Assembly (NCBI RefSeq): GCF_964355755.1
Contig: NC_092670.1
Coordinates: forward strand, 4,020,201-4,084,200
Length of the DNA stretch: 64,000 nucleotides
Source of the DNA: Antedon mediterranea
Taxonomy: Eukaryota; Animalia; Echinodermata
Direction of reading: 5' to 3'
Positions 9,906 through 20,310 of this stretch are shown here, piece by piece. Each line of letters starts with the position of its first letter. Position 1 is the first letter of the stretch. The position numbers and the translations under genes are program-made. A model generated the notes under the pieces. It ran no database searches and was not told where the DNA came from. It saw only the letters and a program-made list of their open reading frames with translations.

Positions 9906-12900
9906 ATCTTCCTCTTGTCTGCTTCGTAATTTATCAATGGGTTTCTTCCTCATCATCTATTTTCTTATTTCTCTAGCATCGTCTGAAAGGGAAAAAAAAA
10001 AATTAATTCAGCGTTAAAAGTATAATTATTACAATTTCAAAAAGCATTGAAGCATAAATTAATAAAATATTTACACACATCTACATAATATTCTGTATTT
10101 TAGTTCCTGCACTGGCTTTTGTTCTCTAAACATTATGAAGTACAATACTGTTTACCAAAACATAAAATATCCAATACTAAAGTAACGAATAGTTTGTATT
10201 GAAGTTTGATGTTCTACATCACTGATTTTGAAATCGTAATGACGTGACGATTTGGAATACAAACAGCTGAATAATGATCACACGTACGTACACACAAACA
10301 ACGAGGAAAACCAGCTTTTGTTTCATTACTGGAAAACATACTAACTTCTAAAAGCTCGCCAACACCAATGGTATTTACATTTTATTTATTAAATGATTGC
10401 TTAAAAATATTCTCTTTAAAATAGGAATGTTACATAAATATTGTATACTCCATGACAAGTGATCGGAAAACCCCATATGGGTGTGTACAGTTATACGTTT
10501 TTTTAAATCAATAAATTTCAATAATGCAGTATATGTCAATATTCATTTTGATGGTAATTAGTTTAAACTAATACCAGCATATAATGTGTCCTCCATATCA
10601 TGTGACACTTTGGCATTTTAATTTGCTTTCATATTCATAAAAACAGTATTCAATGATAGAAAAAAAAACTTAAATTATATGTGACTTCTTAGTCATTGTT
10701 TAATACACCATAAATTTCAATAATGCAATAATGTCTATTATAATGCCAATATTCATTTTGATGGCAAACTACAGTATTGCCAGTATGTGTCCTCCATATC
10801 ATGTGTTGCACTGTTTCCACTTTGTAACTAATTGAAGGACTCTTTGGCATCATAATTTGCTTTCATATTCATAACAGTATTCAATGATAGACAACCATTA
10901 TTACAGAGCAATTCTGTTATATGTGACTTCTTAGTCACTGTTTAATACACCAGAGAAGGATAACATGGAGTTTTAATATCTTGCAGGTTAACTGCTTTAA
11001 AATGGCTACAAGCAAATTAAATCAGTTTTTTCAAGATGTAGATGAGGACTTAGTATGTGCCATTTGCCAGGAAAGATTTCAACATCCTAAAAGTCTTCAA
11101 TGCCTACATAGCTTTTGTTTGTCATGTTTAGAGAACTGGGTAAAAACAAATAATGGCAAACTAACATGTCCAATTTGTTGCCAATCATATCCTATTCCAG
11201 ATGGCGGGCTTAAGAAGCTTCCACCAAATACATTTCTAAATAACATGTTAGAAAACATTGAAAAGTTTCAGAAGAAAGGTAACATAAAATGTGTTTGTGG
11301 AACAAAAGAACAAGCAACACATTACTGTAAAGAATGCAGACATTACTTGTGTTTTGCATGTAGTAAACATCACAAAATGTTTCCAATAACAGCAAGTCAT
11401 ACGCTACTTGCTGCAGAGGAAGTGGAATCAATGACGCCACAACAACTTGCAGCATTAAACCCGCCGTTGTGTTCTTCTCACAACAAATCACTAGAGCTAT
11501 ACTGTACAAAATGTAAAGATCCAATATGCATCCACTGTGCAGTAAAAGAACATCAATCAGTGGACCATCATAAAACAATAGACCTTGAGAAAGCATTTAC
11601 ATCTTTTAAAGAATCTGCACAACAACTGAAATCCGCAGCCCATCACTACAAAGCTAAACTAGAAAATGGACTCAAGGACCTCACAGAGAATGCTGAAAAA
11701 CTAAAAGAAAGTAAAGAAACAAGTATCAAAGATATTAAAAATCAAGTTCAAGAAACAATACAAATAATCCAGAAAAAAGGAGATGAAATGATCAAAAAAG
11801 TTGACACAATTTATGAAAATGAAAAGAAAATTAATGATGTAGAAATGAAGAAATTAAGGTCAATCACCACTGAACTAAATGCAAATGTGAGTTTTCTTAA
11901 TCAGTTAATAAAAAGTGAACCAGCAACTGCTATGATGTCAAGTGAGATTGCATTGAATACATTGAAGGATCAAATGAATAATTCTGAAGAAATCAAACAA
12001 AATGGCAATGGACAAATTAACTTCTTTGGAAACAATCAAATTGATTTGTTAGACCAACATGGCATTGGAATTGTAACTCAAATGAATGTAAAGGTTCCTG
12101 AATGTGTCATCCAAGGTGAAACACTTGTTGCAAAAATAAAACAAAAACATCAAATTGGTCCAAATCAACTTACAGCAACATGGACACATGCAACAGGAGA
12201 AACCAACATTGATCTTGTTAAAGAAGATAATGAGTATCTTGTAAGGGGAGTATGTGAAACTCCAGGGTTTTGTATATTAAATGTGTATTTAAATGGAAGC
12301 CCAATCAAACAATCACCATTTACTATCAAAATGGAAAAGAAAGGACTGGTAAATGATTTCAAATTTGATAAAAAACCTACAGGAGTAGTAAAGTGTGATG
12401 ATTGCTTGCTGGTTTCATTTTGCACAAATGAAATTCACAAGTACAAACAATCAGGAGAACGCATCAGCAAGATTACACTACCAGAAGGTGTGAACGTTTA
12501 CAGAATGTACAAAATGAATAACAACAACATAGCATTCAGTGATGTTAACTGCATTCAAGTATGTGATATGAAAGGTCATGTGATCAAATCCATTGGTAAA
12601 GATGTATTGACAGATCCTTGTGGTATTCACATAGATGAGGCAACAAATGTTATTTATGTAGCACAAATAAACACTGAATGTGTGTTCATGTTTGACATCA
12701 ATAGTGGTAAAGAGCTGATGAAGATAGGATCACAAGAAAAGGTAAAATATGGATACTTTGATGCAACACTTACACAAACTGGAAAAGTGCTTGTGGCAGA
12801 TTGGGGAAATAGTCAAATTGTATTATATGATAATGCAGACAAGTCATTTAAAGTAATTATCAATGAAGGTGATGAAGATGGCATGGTTCTGTATCCACAA

Positions 12901-13900
12901 GGAATTGTAGTTGATGAGGATGACAACATAATTGTAGCAAGTCACCACAAACTACAACTATTCAGTAGTGATGGACATTTCATCAAAAGAATTGATCAGA
13001 AAAAAGATAGAATTAATGGTCCATTTCAGTTGTGTATCATTTCATCAAACCCACGTAGAATTGCTGTAACCAATTATGAAGATAGCAACATTAAAATATT
13101 TAACTACTAAAGTTGCCCACAATTAAATGAATTTTTCATTTAATAATGGGATTTTTACCTAAACATCATTAACATAAAGACAAATATTTTTCTACAAATA
13201 TTTCTTATGCATTTTTAGATATAGAGTATTTTTATGTACACAGAACATGGTATTTACTATGAAAAAAAGTTTAGATTGGTTGAATTCTTTAAACATCAAC
13301 AGACTGAACTTTCCAGAAATGTTATTAAAGATCAGAAAATAATTAATTAGGTCACAGAGAAATAGTATAGTTAGTATGATTTTATAAGCTTACCAATAAT
13401 GTTTGTTGAGCCTGTTGCTACCTATTTGCTATGACTCTATAGTTACACGACATTGCTAAAAGTGCTCCGTCTGCTTGACTATGTCCCTGAAAGATTCAAA
13501 TTATTTAAATAGCTGATAAAGAATGTATTGTAAGAAAGTATCACATACCTGCAATGATAACAAGATGTGACCCTACTGCAATCTCAACCACATATATATA
13601 TGTTATGCTTGAATGCACTTTTGTTATGTGACTTCTTTTATACATCTCAAGAAATTCAAATTCACATTTTCTAATTTCTCTCACAGCTTTAATGAATTAT
13701 TTAAATAAACAATAAGAAAAATCAAGGTACTGTATATTACTGTACATCTTAATATTTAAACGATAAGAAATAGAAAACAGTGCTTGATAATATCAAGAAT
13801 TGGCCATCAGCTAAAGTAAATCAACACATTTCATGTTCACACCAAATGTTGCAATTGATTATAGTTTTATAGGAATCTGGTATGAAATAAGTATCTAGCT
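9906..13900 (-). pseudogene. ECI1: ECI1 pseudogene copy Y (hosts TRIM copy 2)
   Basis: Exons ~13595-13545 (MWLRL/fs/GSHLVIIA); 13486-13394 (GHSQADGALLAMSCNYRVIANR*..TLL, AG/GT intact); truncated last exon 9982-9906 (DDAREIRK*MMRKKPIDKLRSRQEED). The GIAAPFW and GKLHSS exons were not found here. Confidence 0.85.
11002..13110 (+). CDS. TRIM-NHL E3 ubiquitin ligase, copy 2, single coding exon
   Basis: ORF 10981-13110; start MATSKL at 11002 after acceptor ttgcag (10986); same architecture as copy 1, open to ..KIFNY*. Upstream donor at 10371; GGAAAACCCC at 10465-10474. Confidence 0.95.
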   Translation: MATSKLNQFFQDVDEDLVCAICQERFQHPKSLQCLHSFCLSCLENWVKTNNGKLTCPICCQSYPIPDGGLKKLPPNTFLNNMLENIEKFQKKGNIKCVCGTKEQATHYCKECRHYLCFACSKHHKMFPITASHTLLAAEEVESMTPQQLAALNPPLCSSHNKSLELYCTKCKDPICIHCAVKEHQSVDHHKTIDLEKAFTSFKESAQQLKSAAHHYKAKLENGLKDLTENAEKLKESKETSIKDIKNQVQETIQIIQKKGDEMIKKVDTIYENEKKINDVEMKKLRSITTELNANVSFLNQLIKSEPATAMMSSEIALNTLKDQMNNSEEIKQNGNGQINFFGNNQIDLLDQHGIGIVTQMNVKVPECVIQGETLVAKIKQKHQIGPNQLTATWTHATGETNIDLVKEDNEYLVRGVCETPGFCILNVYLNGSPIKQSPFTIKMEKKGLVNDFKFDKKPTGVVKCDDCLLVSFCTNEIHKYKQSGERISKITLPEGVNVYRMYKMNNNNIAFSDVNCIQVCDMKGHVIKSIGKDVLTDPCGIHIDEATNVIYVAQINTECVFMFDINSGKELMKIGSQEKVKYGYFDATLTQTGKVLVADWGNSQIVLYDNADKSFKVIINEGDEDGMVLYPQGIVVDEDDNIIVASHHKLQLFSSDGHFIKRIDQKKDRINGPFQLCIISSNPRRIAVTNYEDSNIKIFNY

Positions 13901-13963
13901 ATGTAACACACTAAACAAAGGAAATTTGTACATCCTATCAACAAAATCAACAGTTATTATCTC

Positions 13964-14016
13964 AACAAGGCCATATATACATTGCTGCAGTCGCGTGCGA
14001 AAAATGCGACTAAAAA
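13964..14016. mobile_element. Minimal Helentron/DINE-like element (both ends only)
   Basis: AACAAGGCCATATA..GCTGCAGTCGCGTGC matches the end of 46652-47328 and is joined to GCGACTAAAAA; absent at the paralogous site ~1683. Confidence 0.6.
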
Positions 14017-14141
14017 CCTTATGTTGGAATTTTACTGTTTATTCTCTATGTTGCATGGAAAATAAGTCTTAAATGTAGTATTGTGCACTGTATTATATAA
14101 TTTGTATGTAACACCACAAGTGACACTGAACAAGGTATTTA

Positions 14142-14470
14142 TATCATATCATATCATATCATTTATTTCGCCAATATACAGAACAGAACAAAAAAACAAT
14201 ACAAAAGTAAGTCAATGAGGCCGGATAACCTAAAAGTTACAAATAAAAATAACCGTCGAGAGGCTCTCCACATCGAAATACTTACATAAAATGAATAATA
14301 CATGGATTCTATTAAAATTTAGATAAAAATATAAAATTCAGCAATGTGTTTTTATAAAAAATTGTAAATTTAAAAAGATAGAATTAAGAAAATATCTTTA
14401 AAATATACATATGTTCAGATTAAAACAGATTTGGTATGTTATACTACAAGAACAACAAAATTAATTATTT
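14142..14470 (-). mobile_element. 3' end of a LINE-like retroelement with (ATGAT)n tail
   Basis: Minus strand ends GAAATAAATGATATGATATGATATGATA; absent from the paralogous unit near 1780-1800. Confidence 0.45.
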
Positions 14471-15738
14471 CTGTCAAAAAATAAGTTGATCAAGTTCCCT
14501 TTTTTCTTTTTTCAAACTGTCAAGATATTTCCCTAGTGATATCTTTCTAGATAAAGTTTGTAAAGTGTCCAATATATTCCTCTTGTCTGCTTCGTAATTT
14601 ATCAATTGGTTTCTTCCTCATCATCTCTTTGCTTATTTCTCTGGCATCGTTTGAAAAAGAAAAAACTCTTTTTAAATTCAGAATTAACAAAGTATGTTAC
14701 AAGTTGAAAAAGGCATTGAAGCATGGATGAAATAGATTATTTACACCTGCCTAAATAACATTCTCATTCCAGTTCCTGCTGGTCTGTATTGATGTAAATA
14801 TTATAAATTATAATACTGTACCTACATAAATACCACAACTACTGTATTAATCAAATGTGTAATAATATATACTTAGTAATAAATAGCTTTTTATTGAAGT
14901 TTAGTGTTCCACATCACTGATTTTGAAATCGTCATGACTTGACAGTTTACTATACAATCAATTAAAAGATGATCTGTTAACACATAGAGTACACCAACCA
15001 CGGAGTGACTTGCACACAAAGAAAATCAGGAAAACTAAGGTTTCATTGCTGACAAATATTAACTTCAGAAACCATACCAACCGTTCAATGTATTTTACAT
15101 TTTATTTATATAACAATAATTGCTTGAAACTGTTAACTACATTAAGATTTGTACACATAGAGTTGTACTATGCAATGCCCAGCAAGCAGAAATCATTTGT
15201 TATAACAGGAAATAGTAGACATTGGAAAAACCAACTTGGGCGTGTACACTAATAGAATACAGTAGGCCTGCATGAAAATAGGATTTTATTTATCGATAAA
15301 CTTTAATAAATGAATTTATGTTTTTTGTTATGTTAAAAAAGAGAGAGAAAAAAAAGATTAGAAAAACCAACTTGGGCGTGTACACAAATAGCATAATATA
15401 GGCCTACGTGAAACTAGGATTTTATTTTAGGAACTGGCTGCCTCTACGCCTAGTCGTAAATCTGCGTTTATTTTATCGGTAAACTTTAACAAATGCATTT
15501 ATGTTTTATGTTAATATGTACACTAGGCCTAATATAATTTATCTCTATTATTATATCCTTTGTACTTATAATAATTGAATTTGTTTTATATTTAAAAACA
15601 CATTCTTCAAAAAAAGAAAATAATTATTACAATATATATGTGCCTTATAAGTCAGATATCTGGTATTGTTTATTACCAGAGGAAGATCACATGACTGTTA
15701 TGAAGTTTTACTATCTTACAGGATCAATTTGTTTTAAA

Positions 15739-17415
15739 ATGGCTACAAGCAAATTAAATCAGTTTCTTCAAGTTGTAGATGAGGACTTAGTATGTGCCAT
15801 TTGCCAGGAAAGGTTTCAGGATCCTAAAAGTCTTCAATGTCTACATAGCTTTTGTTTGTCATGTTTAGAGAACTGGATAAAAACAAACAATGACAAGCTA
15901 ACATGTCCAATGTGTTGCAAATCATATCCTATTCCAGATGGCGGGCTTAAGAAGCTTCCACCAAATACATTTCTAAATAACATGTTAGAAAACATTGACA
16001 AGTTTCAGAAGAAAGATAACATAAAATGTGTTTGTGGAGAAACAGAACAGGTAACAGATTACTGTAAAGAATGTAGACATTACTTGTGTTTTGCATGCAG
16101 TAAACATCACAAAATATTACCATTGTCTTCAGGTCATACGCTACTTGCTGCAGAGGAAGTGAAATCAATGACGCCACAACAACTTGCAGCATTAAATCCA
16201 CCATTGTGTTCTTCTCACAACAAACCACTAGAGCTATACTGTACAAAATGTAAAGAACCAATATGCATACAATGTGCCATAATAACACATCCCTCAATAG
16301 ATCATAAACCAATTGGTATTGGAAAAGCATTTGAATCATTTCAAGGATCTGCACAACATCTGAAATCCGCAGCCCATCACTACAAAGTTAAACTGGAAAA
16401 TGGACTCAAGGAGCTCACAGAGAATGCTGAAAAACTAAAAGAAAGTAAAGAATCGAGTAAAAAAGATATTAATAAACAAGTTCAAGAATCGATAAAAATA
16501 ATCCAGAAAAGGGGAGATGAATTGAAAAAAAAAGTTGACACACTTTATGAAAATGAAAGGAAAACAATTGATGTAGAAATGGAGAACATAAGGTCAATTA
16601 CTGCTGAACTAAATACAAATGTCAGTTTCCTTAAGCAGTTAATAAAGAGTGAGTTAGCAACTGCTATGATGTCAAGTGAGATTGCATTGAATACACTAAA
16701 AAAGCAATTGAATAATTCTGAAGAAATCAAGCAAAATGTCAACGGAAAAATTAGCTTTTTTTGGAAAAGTCACCTTTAGGGTCAAATCTATTATTTTAAC
16801 TGCTCCCTTGTGTTTAAAAGAGAGAAAATATTTGAAACCAGGTCGTTGCAAGGTGAACTTATCTTAAACCCGGAAATTACTTTGACCGGGAAGAATTGAA
16901 ATTGAGAGGAAAATCTAATGTTGAAATCATAAATGTTGTTAAAAAACTCTTTATAATATCTTCCTAAGATATAAATATGGAACAATAGCGTCGGCGTGCA
17001 CACTAATGTTATCAAATCTACGTTTCGCGGTACATCTCGGATAGATAAGGTAGGTATCCAAGGCGGAGATTTGTACCGAAGTTTTTGCATTGTGCTCGCC
17101 TATGTCAGAATTAACCATAATTTATATATAGATGATGATGAAGACAAATCATTCAGAGTACTTATCAATAAAGGTGATGCAGATGGTATGGTGATTTACC
17201 GACGTGGAGTTGTAGTTGATGACGATGACAACATCATTGTATCAAGTAACAGCAAACTACAACTATTCAGCAGTGATGGATGTTTTATCAAAAGAATTGA
17301 TCAGGAAGGAGATGGAATAAACATTCTAGAGCAGTTGTGTATCATTTCATCAAACCCACGTAGAATTGCTGTAACTAATTACCATGACAGCAATATTAAA
17401 ATATTCAATTATTAA
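15739..17415 (+). pseudogene. TRIM-NHL copy 3, interrupted: open RING-B1-B2-CC (15739-16779), foreign insert replacing filamin and most NHL, then terminal NHL remnant (17134-17415)
   Basis: Colinear with copies 1 and 2 up to ISFF; +1 T, then unrelated sequence ~16768-17133; homology resumes at DDEDKSFRVLINKGD..KIFNY*. Confidence 0.9.
16768..17133 (+). mobile_element. 3' portion of a Helentron/Helitron2-like element inside TRIM copy 3
   Basis: Ends AATTTATATATAGAT, the same terminus as the elements ending at 19481 and 31596; interior differs. Confidence 0.5.
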
Positions 17416-17741
17416 GTTTTTCTTGTATAAAAACTGCACATAAATATTTTTGTTAAAATATATTAGGTTATACAATTATAATAACTAGAGTGTGAGCTCT
17501 TAAATGTAGACTATGGATCTTGGAATATTAAACAGTGATTATGGTAACGTCACAGAAAGACGTTCTGGCTAATTGGGGGAGGGGGTTTGTTTTGTTTTAT
17601 TCTTAAAAATAAACCTAATCTGTCTCTCAGTATCTTAGACTGAGATGATGGATATAAAATTTGAAAGTGCCATGTTTATTGTTCAGGGGCGAGGTGAGTT
17701 CATTATAGTAATACAAAGTAAATTTAGTTTGAATTAATATG

Positions 17742-19481
17742 TACTAGATGGTACGCTCGCTTCGCTCGCGTACCATCTAGTTCAAGCCCACAGATGGTTC
17801 TCGAATACATAGTAATTTCAGCGTAAAAAAACTGGCGATTTCAAATGTACGTACGGCAGGACTATAAAACATTGTCGTTTACAGAAACAAATAAATAGAC
17901 ACAATGATTTATGTAGTCAACCAAAATTAGCACCTAGAAACTTGTCACAAAATGAGTCGAAATTTGTTATTTGGACTGATTTAAACAAACCCAATTTTGT
18001 TAAATTATTCTTTATATTTCTTTATTATCCAATCAGTAACGAAATATTTTTTTTATATAGGCCTATAAATAATATACCACTAAATAGAGTAAAACATTAC
18101 CGATTTAATACTTTATTAAAACTGTCACTGTATTATGGTCGATTGAAATAGTAAAGTACATTTAAAGACCACTAATACGTTTATATTTTTGTAATTATTA
18201 ATTAATACAAACGTTGAGAAACAACTGACAGTAATAAAGTATATATTATTATGTGTTTATAATCTAAAAGTAGGGACTACCCACACTCACAGTGATAACG
18301 TTTATTAGTATATTTGTTTATACAGTATTATATCTAACAGTACCAACACACTTTTGATTCAAATGGCGATCAAAAGTGGTTAATACCTATTTGCAGTATT
18401 GTATAGCATTACAATACTATTTCTGTTTATTCTCCAAGGGTCTATAAAGTTACCTACTTGTGTTAAACCATGGAGGTATGCAATAATTTGGAATGTTCCA
18501 TTCATTGCAAATCAATACATTTCTATAAACGTATATTAAATCTATCAAAATAGTATTTTTTAAAGAAAATCGGCCTGTCTTCAACATTATGATGCTGTAC
18601 TCGAGCTGTTCAACCGGTTTTCAGCCATTAAAAACAGTTATTGTAGGAGGAGATAGGATTTTAGAATATTCTAGTACGGCTTGTCTTCCTCAGTTTGTTG
18701 GTGATTCTATTCTCTTAGAAAAAGTTCAGCAAAGAGCCACAAAACTTGCTGTGGAAATTAAAACTCAACCATATAGTGACCGAATGAAATTTATGAAACT
18801 GCCATCATTAGCATTTCGAAGAAAGAGGTCTTGCTGCTTACAGATTTTTAGAATGATACAAAAGTATGATAATGTTAATCCGGGTGTCTTCTTTGAATTA
18901 GCACCATCTACTGTAACTAGAGGCCACAATTTTAAAATTAAAAAAGTTCATAGTAAATCGAAACACAGACAGAAATTCTTTTCAATATCTGCAGTAAATG
19001 ATTGGAATAGTTTGCCATATCATATAGTAAATGCATCCTCTATAAATAATTTTAAAACCCATCTTGAAACACACTGGAAAACCCACAACCTAAAGTTTGA
19101 GCCATATAACCAAGATGTTCAAAGAGGGACTCACGAACCTTAACAGGTTTATAGTCTAAAGGTCAAGGTAAATCAAGGTAAAGGTAAAATGCGAAGCATC
19201 CTCGTATTATTGTATGCGGGTATTTTTCACGATGGACATGTATTAGACAGTGTATAACACGATCGGAAAACACCCCTATTTGGGGCAAATCGTTGAACCT
19301 AAATTCGTTTTAATTGTCAATAACTAATTATCTGACTCAATTTAATTAGTAAACAGGGTTACATCAGGTGGTTAAAATCAGTACCGAAAGTACGAGCCAA
19401 CTTTATATACCATCGAGTAAACATTCTAGAAGTGACGCGCGATTTACCAAATTTTGCCCTTACGTAAATTTATATATAGAT
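17742..19481 (+). mobile_element. Non-autonomous Helentron/Helitron2-like element, copy 1, with nested LINE
   Basis: 5' TACTAG with 13-bp hairpin CTAGATGGTACGC/GCGTACCATCTAG; 3' TTTATATATAGAT; colinear with 30176-31596; no TSD seen. Confidence 0.75.
18658..19185 (+). mobile_element. 5'-truncated CR1/L2-group LINE (ORF2 C-terminus)
   Basis: LEKVQQRATKL..TRGHNFKIKK..FFS..VNDWNSLP..IVNASSINNFK; (AAGGT)n-like tail; absent in the sister element (empty site GATAGGAAAATGCG ~31301). Confidence 0.85.
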
Positions 19482-20310
19482 TCATAAATACGTCAATAAC
19501 TAAAATCATTATCATACAGTAATATCAAATGTTTTTTCTCTCTCAACATTACAGTACATTTTAATATCATTGTACATTCCTAGAGATGATAGTGAATAGT
19601 CATTATAATATCTCTATTACAGTAAAATAATTCATTACTTACTTTGTAAGATTCAATCGATTTACTTAAGTTTAACTATTAATACATGTTTTTTAATTAA
19701 TGCATAGTTTTAGAATTTATAAATTAAATTATAACTTCAAAGTAAGCAGAATGAACTGGCCAGCTATTTTATTTCCTGTTAAAAGTATAAGATATTTTAA
19801 CATAGATTTATTTGTAGCTGTAATGTTTCTTTTGTATGCTGTTCTTTTTGGTGGAATAAATAAACCAACAAAAATGTAGAAGAATGTGTTTGTGTTCACA
19901 CTGTTCTAGGTTTGCATATTTATAATTACAGAAGCTGGAAACAAACGAGTGAAAATAAAGCAAAACATTCCCACAATAATTTAGTTTCAAGTAACCTGGT
20001 ATTTGAGGAAATTTTCCTCAGTACTAATACTTTAGTTAATCTAAATCTGGTATTTGAGCCATTGTATATGCACCCCACCGGTAACAGATGAACCGGTGAC
20101 AGGACAGATGAAATCGGTCGCGCTTGAAATCGGTCGCGTTTTATTTTTGTAGCGAAAAAATCAACGGTGACTACTTCTTCGCATGCAGCTAAAGTGAAAT
20201 GACGTCACGTTAAAGCGGGTCGTCACAGAGTCTCATAATTATTAATGAAGCAAACTTGCCGAGAGTGTTTTCCACCACCACACACGCGACGCGAGATTTA
20301 TCGAAACCGA

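Larger units (their letters stand above)
14480..20074 (-). pseudogene. ECI1: ECI1 pseudogene copy Z (hosts TRIM copy 3)
   Basis: Last exon 14650-~14480 (DAREISKEMMRKKPIDKLRSRQEEYIGHFTNFI*..SLGKYLDSLKKEK; acceptor AG>AA). Remnants of the penultimate exon 3' end at 20047-20074 (GGTGCATATACAATGGCTCAAATACCAG) and 19996-20007 with donor GT. Confidence 0.8.

Noticed and set aside
3369-16354. Recurrent minus-strand ORFs inside the TRIM genes (3369-3752, 11210-11596, 15947-16354, 4324-4587, 12165-12425)
   Set aside because: Antisense shadows of conserved TRIM coding sequence; no independent motifs.
16996-17415. 139-aa ORF as a separate NHL gene
   Set aside because: Chimera of inserted DNA and the terminal remnant of TRIM copy 3; starts at GTG.
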